Shown: positions 1 to 13,135 of the stretch, piece by piece
How positions within the stretch are numbered: position 1 is the first letter of the stretch
Layout of the letters: each line of letters opens with the position of its first letter
Assembly: GCA_050273025.1 (NCBI GenBank)
Contig: CP158635.1
Location: 16,740,001-16,804,000, forward strand
Direction of reading: 5' to 3'
DNA length: 64,000 bases
Source of the DNA: Cenococcum geophilum
Lineage: Eukaryota
Notes under the pieces: generated by a model
Databases searched by the model: none
What the model saw: the letters and a program-made list of their open reading frames with translations, nothing else
What the model was told of the DNA's origin: nothing
Program-made: the position numbers and the translations under genes

Positions 1-2097
1 GCTCTACTTTATCGGTTTCTGTCCGTTATAGGTCCTTAAGCTTGCCTTATCTCGTCTTAAGAATCTTAGTTGTCTCTTATCTCTTCTTAAGAATCTTAAG
101 CCTTTGGCCTTTTGCCTTTATTAAGTGCTAAAGTTGTTCGCTGTTCTACTTCTCTTATGTCTTATAAAGCAATAGATATCGTGTTTAGTGGGGTTTTAAT
201 CCCTACTAATATTCCCTATTCTATAGTAGAATTATCCTCTACCTTTATTATAATATCTCTAAGGTCTGCTCGCTCCTAGTAAGCGGCCCTTATTGCCTTA
301 TTATTACGGAATGTTTCGCCTAGGTTGAATTTATTATCTTTAATATCCGATCTGCGAACTAGTTTATTAGTTCCTCTATATCCTACAGGTGCTAGCTCTT
401 ATAGCCAATAGCTTACGCCGTACTTAGCGTCCTTATAAATTCGGTATATGTTGTTATAACAAAACGTAAAACTTTTAATTGAATATTCCTTTGTTCTTTA
501 CAGTATATTATTATCCCTTTATATATGTATATTGTCTGCTAATCTCGTTCCTTTTACTATATAGTAACTCTGCCTACTTCTATAGTCTCTAATATAATAA
601 CCCTATTTTCCGCAATTTATATAAGCTCCTTTTTTGAACTATTTCTCTTGCTATAGAGTCCGCCTAAATGTCTTCTGCTGTTAAGATCCCTAATTTGGCT
701 TCTGCTCCTTAGACCTTTAATTACTTAATCCTTATCCTCTAGGTTTCTATAGTTTGCTCCATCTCTTATAGGCTTCTTTAATACCACTTAGGTCCATTAG
801 CTCTGCGCTATATTATAGTTTCTAACTTAGCTTTTGTCGTTGCGTACTCTGCGCCTTATACAACTATAGAACTCTATTCTAGCCTTTCTTAGCCTATTCC
901 CTTTAGTAGATCTAATTATTAATCTTAATCGCCTAATTTATTAGTTCCCTTAGGGTATCCGCATCTTCCATTAGGATAATCGCGTCCTAGACTTTAGCCT
1001 TAAGTCCCTATTTATACTATACTATAAGCGCCCTATTATTCCACTCTACTTATATTACTAGTATCTAGAACTATATCGTATACTTAATTGCTAAAGTTTG
1101 TTGCATAAAGTTCTAGAGTTTTCTTTCCGCTATAGTTGTCTCTTCTAGGTCTCTAAATATCTACGTAAGTTGTTCTACAAATCCTTCCCAACTTAAGAAT
1201 ATAAATCGCACGTCTTAGTTAGCGGTCGTTATTCCGTTTGCCTATATCTCCATAAGGTAAGACTTAAACCACTTAAGTGCTTTTCCTAATAAGAATAGTT
1301 CTGCGTAGGCTATCCGATCCACAGGTATAGGTAACTTTACTCCCTCCTATAAAACCTTAAAGTGCATTTATATAAGGAATCCTTTAAGCTTTAACCTCTC
1401 TCCTATAAATCTCTTAATTAATAGTAGCTTAATCTTTGCTGCTTCTATTCTATTAAGTCTTTCTTCTAATACTATATTATTAGCTATTAGCTAGTTAACT
1501 ATTTCCTATAGCTGTCCGACCGTCACAGGTTACTATAAGTCAGTATCCGCCATACTGGTGTCACCTCCTGTTCTTAAAGTAGTTGCTGCCGTTAATAGCG
1601 TCGTAGTGGCTGCTTTTGGTAGCATGTTATTTAACTTCTTATATTAATACCGTAACTAGGTAGTAATTGTGTAACGGAACCTTATAGCAAGAACTATAAT
1701 AGGTTTATTAATAGGCTAGGTGTATAGGAAATGTAAGTATAAAAGTTAACAATGTAATAATAACTGGTGGAGTGGTTGCCTAATAGATTAACTCCAATTA
1801 TATTCTAAGAATTACTATAAGGAAAGGAACTATCTAGGTAGGGACTAAGGGTCCTTAAATACACAACCGTATTCCTAAGAAATCCTTTCTTATACGTGAG
1901 GTACGTGTGGTCCGTATTAAACGTAACGTTCCTTACATTCAACACAGCCAACACGTTTAACCGTCATATGACTCGCTTACCATTCCTCGTCACATGGTTC
2001 CACGGGTTCCATCCTAAACCGTGCCTGTATTAACGAACTGGCTTCTTCCGTCTCTTCTCCAAGTAGTCGTAACATCGTACTTAAAGCGTCCGTAACA
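1..2097 (-). mobile_element. Gypsy/chromovirus LTR retrotransposon family A, copy 0 (5' LTR plus RIP-degraded gag; runs off the window's left edge)
   Basis: Reverse complement of the family-A 5' region at 23816-26000. gag start codon at 1625 (minus); CCHC knuckle near 590-630; 21-bp spacer repeats at 30-100. Confidence 0.95.
1670..2097 (-). repeat. 5' LTR of family-A copy 0 (~428 bp)
   Basis: Minus strand starts TGTTACGGACGCTTTAAG and ends GTTCCGTTACA, the same termini as the LTRs at 23816, 31363, 37414 and 44932. Confidence 0.95.
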
Positions 2098-3264
2098 CTC
2101 TAAAGTATAATAGGCGGATATAAGCCAACGGCTATAGTACTACTTAAGAAGGAAGCTAATATTCCCCCCCTATAACTATTTATTAAAGCCGCTATAATAT
2201 AAAGGGCGTAAAAAGAACGTAACTCTAATATTATAAAGTATATTAAAATACGCCTAAATAAACTATAGAGGGATTTTAGGGCGCCTTATAAGAGAATAAA
2301 CTAATAACCCTAAAGTAGGGAAGATATATTAGAGAAATAGGTAAAGAAAGTAAAAGAAAAATAGTACTGCTTTAGGGCCTAGGCCTATATAGAAGAGAAA
2401 GAAAGACGTATAAGAGGCTAGTAAAGACAATAGTAAGAGAAAAAAAGGAGCTAAAGTAGAGTATAAAAGAAAGTCGGGAAGCTATTTATCGCAATATAAT
2501 ACTAGCTAGACTAATGCTAGAGAGGTATATAGGAGTTAAAGGTATAGAGGCTAACTAAGGCAAAAGGAACCTAAGCTGTAGTATAGTTAACGCTATAGGG
2601 GGTAAATACTTTAGGGCTCTAAAAAGGCCTAATGAAGGTAGAAAATATAATAGTAACACTCTTAAGAATGGGAATAATAGGACTAAAAGACTAGCTCTAC
2701 TAGGTAGGTGTCCTAGTAGGTAGCCTAAGATATAAATATAGCTAGCTAAGACAGATACTAAAATATATAATACTGTTATGCCCCTTATATACTAACTAAG
2801 AAGTAATACTTTTAGTAGCTAGCACAAAGAACTATAAGACACTACTCTTAATATAAAAAGGCCTTAAGGCGGTTACCTAGTGGCTTATTAGCTAAAATAT
2901 ACTAAACTGGTTCTAGGTTATAAAGGAAATAATAATAAAGGGCGGGGGGGCGAGTAACGGGCGCCCTCTAATAACTCTATAGTAGTAGAGTAAAGTATAC
3001 AATACTAGCGCGTCCGTAGGCTTACTACGGCAGCAGTGGTTCCTAAGGAGGTTAAGAAGTAAGGTAGTAAAAGTACTATAGGTAACTCGCAGGCGCCTTA
3101 TAGGCGCCTTATAGGCGAGTTTTAAAAGGCAAAGAGATAGATTACGGGGTTTTCTTAAGTTAAGTCTTTTTTAAGTTGAGTTTTCTCCTTATATATAAAT
3201 AAGGAGTAGTTTGCGTAGGCCCAATAGGGATCCGAATTAGACGTTAAGCAATGAATTATTATTA
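2098..3264 (+). mobile_element. 3' part of a Tad1-like LINE (ORF2 C-terminus and 3' UTR), interrupted by family-A copy 0
   Basis: Reads L*SIIGGYKPTAIVLLKKEANIPPL (post-RT motif), LLRMGIIGLKD*L and RYKYS*LRQILKYIILLCP (de-RIPed CxCG..QTxxH....C zinc knuckle). Ends in an (ATT)3 tail at ~3255-3264. Confidence 0.85.
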
Positions 3265-4245
3265 TATAATATTAGCAGTTATAGCATCCCTATTCTGCGG
3301 CAGTAATAGTAAAAGCCTACCTATATCCGTTAGTCTTAATAGTGCAATATATAGCTGCCTATATATAAAGACTGGTATACGCAGATTAACCCTAACAAAG
3401 TTAAAAGACTACCCTTATAACTTATTTACGGTTATAGCAAAGTATAGCTAGATTAGAAACTACTTTCTACTAATAATAAACGGCAGTTCTCCCTCTGTAG
3501 AGGTAAGCTTAATATAAGAGATTAACTATAGCTGCCTGTAAAAGCTGCCGCTAAGTATTCGAGATTTAATATAGCGCGGCCTAGGCGCGTAATAACTATA
3601 CGAGTGCAGTTATAGAGGCCCTCCTTAGGGTAAAGGTTCCGTAAAAGGATTATAGACGCGCCTACTTTAAGGGAAAGCTTTAACAGAGGTAAGCTATTAG
3701 GATTAAGTGTTTATAAAAGCTCTAGCAGCGGTCATATAATATTACTATTATCTTTTTCTTTACTTTACTCTATAGTATCTATAGAAAAAAGGGGTTTAGG
3801 GAGCCGTAAGGCCGTATAAGGATAGCCTTATTAATCTTAGCCATGGTATTATTGTAAATAGTTAAGATAGCGCGATTATAGAAGGTATTAAGAGTAGTAT
3901 ATACCCGCGTAAGTAGTTGCGGAGGGTATATATACCTATAAAAGGGTTCCTTAGACCAGAACTAGGCTATACTAAGCGGGATACTAACGCTATTAGATAG
4001 GGATATATTATAGAATAAGCTCTATACCTAAGCTATAAACTACTAATTAACCTTACCCTAGCGGATATATATATTTAGCTATAGGGATAGTATATAGAAG
4101 GTAGGCTAGAGGAATAACCGCTATAGGTAGGCACCTATAATAGCTACGCGGTTCCCCTATAGGTCAATAGGTAGTATCTAAGTAAAGTTACTACCTAAAA
4201 TAGCAGGAAGTCCGCTAAAGGTAAAGTCGTTAGAACGGACGTCTA
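3265..4245 (-). pseudogene. Helitron RepHel (PIF1-family helicase) C-terminal relic
   Basis: Minus-strand translation gives PFSGLPAILGSNFT*ILP, IILLRNLYPKEGLYN, FLI*LYFAITVNKL*G*S and VFIYRQLYIALLR. These are RIP versions of the PIF1 motifs PFGG..GDFxQ, LLRNL..GLCNGTR, FPVRLxFAMTxNKSQGQS and VFxHGQLYVALSR. Confidence 0.9.
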
Positions 4246-4249
4246 TATA

Positions 4250-7200
4250 TACTAAGTATATTAGTATATTAGTACGTTAGTACATTCCACGTTTTTATAT
4301 CCTACGTTTTTATATTCCCATATTTTTATATTTTAAACTTATAACGTAACTAGCTATATAATTTAGCTACCCCTTATTTTATAGCTTAATTAGTTCTAGC
4401 TCCTCCTATACTATTTTAACTAACTTATTTATATCTCTTTTTAGTAGTTATACTACTGCTAATATAAGATCCGTAATACTATCCCCCTCCTCTTTATCTT
4501 TATCCTTAAAGATTTCTCCTATCTCTAAGTTATCTATTAAAGGTATAGCATTCCCGTTTCTAATTTAGTGACCTTTATTATTTTTAATACCTTCTATTAA
4601 ATCCTCTACGTCTAATTATTATAATTAGCTAGTAACTATTATTCTTTCGCTTAGTAAAGTTATACTATCTTATTCTTATTATAAAGAAAGAAAGCTAATA
4701 TATATTGCGATTACGGCTTCGTCTAGTTACTAGCCTTCCTCCTATATTAAGTATACGTAAGCGAATATATAATCGTTCTATAATATTTAATCTATTTTTA
4801 ACGCTAAGTATACGCGTCTTATTAGTCTTTAAAGTCTTTAACTTCCTTATTTAATTTATTATAGGGTCCCGTGTTTAATCTAAAGTGTCCTATCTTAAGA
4901 ATAAACTTCTTACTGCTCTTACTAAAGTATAAAAGCTTTATAATAATAGGGAGCAGATTTATACTAAAGAGTAGAAAGTGTTTAAAGCCTATTAGACTGC
5001 TTATACCCGCTTAGTTCGTCTTAAAAAGGGTTATAAAAAGGTATGCTTTAAGGAGTAGCGTCTTACTAAGTAAGGTCTCTATAAGCTTAAGGCTAAGAAA
5101 GCTAAAAAGGATTTTAATTAAGTTAAGGCGGAAATAGCTTATACGCTAGCAGCAGATCCTATAGATAATTTGGCCCGTCTATCGCCTTTAACTAATCCCT
5201 TTATCTTTAGCTCCTTCTTAATATTACCTAACCCGTTCTCTTTTAATACTCCTATACCTTTTCTATAGCGTTTTTTAGGTTCTATAGTAGTTTTTAGGTA
5301 GTTTTATTATAACTTATCCACTTTACTTTATACTACGTTTTATTGTTAATGTCCTTATAATTAATAATCTTTAAAACTTGCTCTTTATCTTCTTCTTATC
5401 CTCTATATATATCTACCTTATAAACTAGTTGCTCTATATCTTTATGCGCTAGCTTTAGTATTATAATATACTATATAGGGTAGATCTTTATCTTTACTAG
5501 TAAGTTAAGTCTATACATAACTTCTAAAATCTTTATTATAATTTTAAATAGTCCTAGTCTAATATAATCTAACTTCTTACTTAGTTGTTAACTTGTGAAA
5601 TTTTTACATAATAGTCATACTTTATCTCCTTCTTTAGATTTAGTCCCTTAGATCTCCTAGTATTATAGTACTTTTTTATTTTATTTTATATTATTTTTGC
5701 TATAAAATAGAGGTCCTTATAAAGATTTATTAGAGTTTCTATTTTTTTTCTTTTACTATACTACTTATTTTCTTTACTTATTATAGTAACAACAATATTC
5801 TAGGCTTATACCCATAATTTACCTAAAATAGTAATATCTCTATGCCTTTCTACTGTATCGCATTATATATAAACTATATAACTAATAATAACAATACTTA
5901 ATTATTTTACGCTTAATTAATATAGTATTTTAGATACTAGTCTAGTATCTAATTTAGGTTTCTATTTATCTATCTGTCTGTAGATAATATATAGTAGAAG
6001 TTGCTACTCTAACTTCTTATTCTGCTAAGAATACCTCTTAAAATACTTTTATAAATCTTAAATCTCTATCTAATATAATTTTGCTTAGTGCTCTATATCT
6101 TATAAATACTTCTTTAATATAGATTTTAGTAATATCTTCCGCTAAGATTTCTTATATATATGCTATAAAGTAGCCCTATTTAGTTAATTTATTTACTATT
6201 ATAAGGATTATATTATACTCTTATCTGGTAATAAAATCTTTTAACTTTAGTAACTTTATAATAAAGTCCTATAATATAACTTCCTATAGTCTCTCCGGTA
6301 TTTTAATAGGCTATAGCTTTCTATATAGCTTATACCTTATCAGCTTATTTCTCTAGTAATTTAGGTGTTTTTTTATAACTTTCTTTACTAAGCCTTAAAT
6401 TCTATAAATAATATACTCCTTTTAAAGTCTTAATACTAAGCCTATAGCTCTGTTGTGTTTCTATATTATTCCCTTATAGAAATCTTTAATAAACTCTTCT
6501 ACTATTCCCCTTAGGATATATATATTTATTCTCTACTTATACTAATATATTTCTAGGTCCTTAAATTACGCTTCTTAAACCCTTTTTATCTAATTGCTTT
6601 TTAGTAGCTTATATTCTTAAGTTACTATAATCTTAGGATAATTACATCTAATTAATCTATTACTATTTTTATATAGTATTGCTTCTAATAGTTTCTTATT
6701 ATTCTATAGTTTAGCTTTTCTGCTTAATATATCTGCTTTTATATTTTTAGTGCCCTTAATATATTAAATCTTAAAATAGTATTCTATAAGTATCTCTACC
6801 TATTTAACATCTCTTTAATTAAGTTTTTTTATTATTAGGAACCCCGTTAGGTTTTTATAATCTATTTTAACTATAAATAGTTTCTTTATACCTTATAAAA
6901 ATGCTTTTTATTTTTTTAGTACTATAACTATACCTAACAACTCCTTGTTATAGATATTATAGTTTAACTTTAGTAGTATTATCTTCTAACTATAGTATGC
7001 TACTAAATACTATATATTTTTTATACTTTTATAGTAAATATACTCCTAGTATAAAGTTTAATATATCTATTTTTATAACCGTCTTTAGTTCTAGTTAATA
7101 GATTTTAAGGATTAGTTCCTAGGTAAAATAACTCCTTAAGTTCCTTAAATAGCTTTTTTTATTTACTTCCCTAAACCTATAATTCCTCCTTCTTTATAAG

Positions 7201-8249
7201 CCTAGTAAAGGGTTTAATATTCTTTAACTACTATACTATAAACCTTCTATAGTAGTTATAAAACCCTAAAAAAACCTTAACTACGTTATACTCTTTAGTT
7301 CTTACCAACTTACTATAGCTTTAATTTTCTTTAGGTCTATATTAATATAACCTAGCTTAATAATAAATTCTATAAAATCGGTCTTCCTAGTAAAGAACTT
7401 GTATTTTTTAATTACTACTAATATCTATTCTTTCTATAGTCTCTTTAAAACCTATTTAATATATTCTCTATATTTTTCCTTAGTTATTAAGTAGATAATA
7501 ATATTATTAAGGTATACTATAATAAACTTATTAAGGTGTTCTGCTAATATACTATTAATTTGCTTTTAGAATATTACTAATGCGTTTATAAGTCTAAATT
7601 ATATAACTAATAGCTTATATAATCCTTCCTTTAACCTAAAGGCTGCCTTTTATTTATTACACTCCTTAATTCTAATTTAATAGTACGCCTATCTTAAATC
7701 TATCTTTATAAAGATTTACACATTACCTATCTAATCCTAAATTTTGCTAATTAAGGATAAAGGGTACTTATCCTTTCTAGTAATGCTATTTAACTATTTA
7801 TAGTTAATATATAACCTAAGTTTTCCGCCTTTTTAGTATAAATAGTATAAGATAACCTACTAATAACTATAATAGTCTAATATATCCCTTTTATAGATAA
7901 ACTCTTTAAGAGCTTTTAACTCTTCTTTAGTAAGCTTATAAATTAAAAAGAACTTTAGACTTATTTCTAGTTCTAATTCTATTTTATAGTTTTATACTAT
8001 ATATTCTAATAGCTTTTTACTTTTTAGGCTCTATAACCTTTTACTATACTTATAATATCTTTTTAGTATATAGGACAACCCTTTTTTAGTTTCTTTATAT
8101 ATTGCTCTAACCTAGTACTATATTAACTTAGTTACTATATATCTTTTATATTATTAAATATCTTTAATATTAACCTAACCTATAACCTAATTAATCTTTA
8201 GATTATATTTCTATAACTAAGGTATACCTAATACTACCTTATCCCGTCC
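4250..8249 (-). mobile_element. Divergent family-A relative (GyA'), 3' half: truncated 3' LTR, PPT, chromodomain, integrase, RNase H, RT
   Basis: Colinear with the reverse complement of 27570-31400. PPT/LTR junction TATTACGG at 4478 (minus). RT YLNNIIIYL (de-RIPed YLDD) at ~7490-7516. Confidence 0.9.
4587..5265 (+). pseudogene. Antisense accessory ORF of GyA' (Cys-rich N-terminus, putative intron, coiled-coil C-terminus)
   Basis: Homologous to 30590-31254 (minus); boundaries approximate. Confidence 0.55.
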
Positions 8250-8467
8250 TGTTGGGAATAAAGGTAAGCGCTTACTATATAAGGTATATTGCCGTCATAT
8301 ATAGCAAGTTGCCGTTACGTGCGGCAAGTTGCCGTTATGTGTCGCCGTAGCACTAGCGTAGCGAGGAGCCTTAAGCTCCTCGCCCTCCCTTATTAAGATA
8401 TATAGAATAACAATTATTATACTATCTACGAACTGTAGCTATATAATATTACCTTATATAACTAACA
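8250..8467 (+). repeat. 5' LTR of Copia B (218 bp)
   Basis: TGTTGGGAATAAAGG...ACTAACA; homologous to 61898-62094. Confidence 0.95.
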
Positions 8468-11400
8468 CTAATTAGTAATTAACTTTACTGTTATACTATA
8501 GAATAGCTAAGTATTCTACTAAGAAGAGATAAGCTACTATACTAGTGCTACTTATGCTAGAGGAAGCTGTCTTTTAAGGTTAGAACTAGTCCTAAACCTT
8601 AAATAGAACTCTTCTATAAATCTAAAGATTTAAAGGCTAAAACTAGTCCTAAGCCTTTTTAAGATTACGGATTCTTATGTCTATTACGCAGAATAATATA
8701 CTTTATAAGTCTTTATAATTTAAGGCTAGAACTAGTCCTAAGCCCTATAATTATAAATATACGTTATAAACGCGTACTAAATAACAATCCCTAAACTAAT
8801 AATATTCCCCTCCCTTTAAAAATATAGCTACGCCTACTTTAAACGACTAGGAAGACTTCTTACTACTAGGGGTAGCTATATATGTAAAATTCATTAATAA
8901 AAATTAGGACGAATTTACTATTAATATAATAACTTATACTATAAAATAAGTTAATAGCTTTCTTCTATACTATATCCTATTCTACTAAAGTAGATACTAT
9001 ACCGATTTATAACTATAGGAATATTTTAGGGAGGATTTCGTAAGATAGACCGCCGACACTTAGGTACTTAGTAATATTAATATTGTTTAGGATTTCTAAG
9101 ACTTCCTTTATAGGAATAGGGTATATATTACTAAGAATAGTAACCTAATTACTAGCAATATTTAGGCCGTTATTATTAGTATAGAAGAACTAGTATAGAT
9201 AGAAGCTAAGATTATACGTTAACTACGGAAACCTAAAACTAACCCATATTCTTTAGAAGGCAACTTTAATTTATATTAAAACCCCTAGAACGCTAACCCC
9301 CTACCTAAAGGTACTCTCCTATTAGGAGGTGCTCTCCTACCTAGAGGTGCTCTTCTACTACCCCCTCTACTACCTCTACCCCCTCTATCCTAGCTAATTA
9401 GTAAGCCTCTACTATAAGTAGTCACAAATCTAATAAAGGTATATTTAGATAAAGAGAAGAAGTTTAGAGGAGAACTATATAACATACTTAGAGTAAAACT
9501 ATAGGTTTTCTATAACTATTGTAATAAAGTTAAAATTTAATGCCACTAGTACTACTACGCTTTCTCCATTATATTAAAGGGATAGGTAGTAATATTCTAT
9601 TACGACTATATTACAGGTAAAAACTATAGCTTTAATATAATACTTTAGCTTATTAGAGCTTACTTTAAGACTAATAAAAATCGCTAACTTTATATATCCG
9701 AATAGCGGGAAACTATATTTTAAAGAGTTATTGCTTTTAACCTAATAAAAACTTATTTAAAGTACCTTTAACTACTCTTTAATAAACTTTAGAAAATTTA
9801 ATATAGCCTTACTAAAACTTACTAAAATAAGAATAGCCTAAGGGACTAGGTTATCTTAGTATGCTATAATATTCCTAAGTATAATATAGTGCTATATAAA
9901 CCTATAAATATATTTAAAGGAGTATATACTAAGCTATGCTCCGCTATAGGTACTATAATATAAATATAAGAATCTTAATAGTTTTATACCGAAAACTTTA
10001 CCTAACTAATATAATTATAACTAAACTAATTAAATATATAGTGGCCGTGGTAGGGAATATAAAAGAGGGTATAATTAATATTAACTATAAGGTAATTATA
10101 GAGGTCCTTATAAAGGTTTATTTTAAAGTAATTATTAAAAAAAGTGCTACGTTTATAAGAAGCTAAATTACTAGTTAACTAGATACTCTCTTAATAAGTA
10201 AAAAAAGGTATATAATAAGTTCCATTAAAGTATAAGAAATATTAAAAATTATAAGGTTACTGTGGCCTACTTTTAAAGCTTTTTAGTTTAATATAAAGGC
10301 GTAAAAGATCTTAAGGGTAAGGTTAATAAGGTTAAATAGCTCCTTATAAATATAGAAATTAAGGACTACTCCCCTAACTAATACTTTACTAAGTATAGTA
10401 AGGTAGATAGTATATAAACCGTTACTATTCTTAATAATTAATCTACGCTCTATTCTATTATAAAATTAAATATCTTTAATAAGCTAAAGGAGAGTTCTAC
10501 GTTTTCCTTTAATAATAGATATTTAGCGTATGTTTTTTATAGTATTATACCAGATATAGGAGCCGTAGAAGTATCTATAGTAGAAGAACCTTAAGTTTAA
10601 GCTCTTTAGTAGCTTAATAGCTCTATTTAGATTAACTAATTAACGGCAGGCTAATATATAATTCGCTTTAATAAAGGTACTATAATCTTTCTTAGCATAA
10701 TTAGGGTCCAAACCCCCTTAGGATATATTACTTTCTATATTATTCCTATAAATACTCCGTTTCTATTTTACATTAAAAATATAAATAAGTTAGGCGTTAC
10801 GCTTAATAACCTTAAGAATATACTTATTTAGGGAGATAATTAGGTACCTATTATGCGTAAGTAGGGTTACCCCTAGTTACTCCTTTATTAACTAGAAAAG
10901 AGTGTTACTTAAAGCTACTTAACTAAGTTAGAATTACGCTAACTATACCATTGTTTTAGCTACCTATCTATTTATTAATTACTTAGGGTTCTTTAGTAAG
11001 TAGGCTATAAAGTTAAGCTTAAGGTAATTAAGCACCTTATAAAGTACTACTATTACTATTAAATAAACCAAAAGTCCCCTAGCCGATTTAAGTTTACCCT
11101 TAAGGATAACTATAACTTTAACTTTTATATTATTATTAACGTTATATATCTTAGTAGTAAGCTAATACTTTAAATTATTAACTTCTTAACTACCTTCTAA
11201 GCCGCGCGTTTCTTAAAAGATATATTAGCTAGAAATATATAAGATACCCTTTAATTATACTAGATTAATATCTATTTAGGACCCCTTAATTAAATTATCT
11301 ATAATATAGGAAAGAACTTCTTATCTATAGAGTTCTAATAATAAATAAAGGTAATAGCAATTAAGGTTAAGGAAGTCCCCATTAAGGCATATAATAGTAT

Positions 11401-12864
11401 TAAAAAAGTGGAATAATATTATATACTATTACACCGCGTATATAAGATTATCCCTTTAGAACTAAAGGATGCTAGTAAAAAACTTACCTTATAAATAGCT
11501 ATTAAAGCTATTAATAATTCTGCTAGCTTGGATAGACTTATACCTATATTACTAGTCTTTAGCGCCTACCCTTAAATAACTAATAATTCTTTACTATCTC
11601 CCTCTATTATATAATAAGCTAAGGCTATTTATAAGGCAATAAAGGAGGTATAACGTCTTTACGCTATACGCTAGGTTAATAATATACTAGGAATAAGAAA
11701 TGGCCTAAATACCTTAACTATACTTAATCTGCTACTCTAGTCTAAGGTATATATATAGCGTAAAAAGGGAGGATAGTTAGGCCTATACTAACTTATTATA
11801 ATTAATAGTTAAACTTATACTATTTAGATGCCTTACAGACCTACTTAATTCTATTTAACTATTATTAAGCCTTACTATAAAGATAATAATTCTAAGCCTT
11901 TATAGGATGCCCTAGAAGATACCTTAGAGGAAAACTACGATTAATATACTTTAAAAGGCGACTATAATCCTAATATAATTATAGTAGATACGCTATAACT
12001 ATAACGTAGTAGAGGTCACCCAAAGGGATTATAAAATTATTAATATCTTATTAATTTTAAAGAATAATTTGTTGCCGCTATTAAAAATAGAGTTAAGTTA
12101 TTAATAGTCTTTATAACAGCTAAAGAGAAGGCTAACTTTAAGCTCGTAAAACAGCTCTAAAAGGAAGGTTGTATTATAACCCTAGGAGCTCCTTTCTAAG
12201 TATCTAATAAGTAGGAAATTAACGGTCTTATTATAAGAGGAGTCTTTAAATTTAAGAAGTATAACCTTACTAAGTTTAATAAAGTTTGCATCTTTAAGTT
12301 AAGGATAGTTAATAAGATTAAGGGCAAGGCTACTAACGCCCTATTTAAGAAATTAAGGCTTATTATCTAAGGTTATAACAATAATAGTAAAGAGATAATT
12401 TTTATATAATCTCCTATAATTTAACGAGCTAGTTAGCGAGTTATTATTATATTAGCTCCCTCCTTAATAAAGAATAGAATAGCGGTTTATTTACGAGATA
12501 TTACTTAAGCCTATACCTAATTAAAGACGCACCTTTAGCGCTTAATATTGGCATACCTTCTAGAGCAAATTTGCCACTAGTATCCTAAAGATATAATTAT
12601 GGTTATACTTAAGCCATTATATAAAATTACAGAGGTAGGAACTTATTAGTAGGCTACCTATAGTAAGCACTATAAAGAGAAGCTTTTAATAACTACTTCT
12701 ATATTTAATCCCTACTTCCTTATTATAACTACGGGAACCCTATTTAGAATTGTTGGTATATAAGCTAATAATATAATTATCTTAGGAGACAACTAATTCT
12801 TAGCTCTTAAAGAGGATAAGCTAATAATAGTAAATCTTATAGTAAAGCTAAAGGAAAAGCTTAA

Positions 12865-13135
12865 TGTATAATTACAGCACCTGTTATACCAACTGTATGC
12901 TTACGCGTTTAGTACACCAGGTACGCGTTTACGCGTTTAGTGTACTAACTACCCGCTTACGCGTTTAGTGCACTTATAAAGCACTAACTAATTAGGGGGG
13001 AGGTGCATTAGTATATAAACCACGTAGTCTGCTTTATATAATTGACAGTCACTATTATCTAAAAGAGTATACGATACTATACGTATTTCGTGCCCCTAAA
13101 TCTAACTTACTTGTGCTATTAAATTAGTACAAATA
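12865..13135 (+). repeat. 5' LTR of Copia C (~271 bp)
   Basis: TGTATAATTACAGCACC...; matches 60373-60642; contains repeated TTACGCGTTTAG units. Confidence 0.95.

Noticed and set aside
3251..3451. 66-aa ORF resembling a small secreted protein
   Set aside because: It spans the LINE tail and the antisense of the Helitron helicase; a chance frame in RIP-mutated DNA.
4250..4330. Possible DNA-transposon terminal inverted repeat
   Set aside because: No partner repeat found; better explained as internal tandem repeats of the GyA' LTR.
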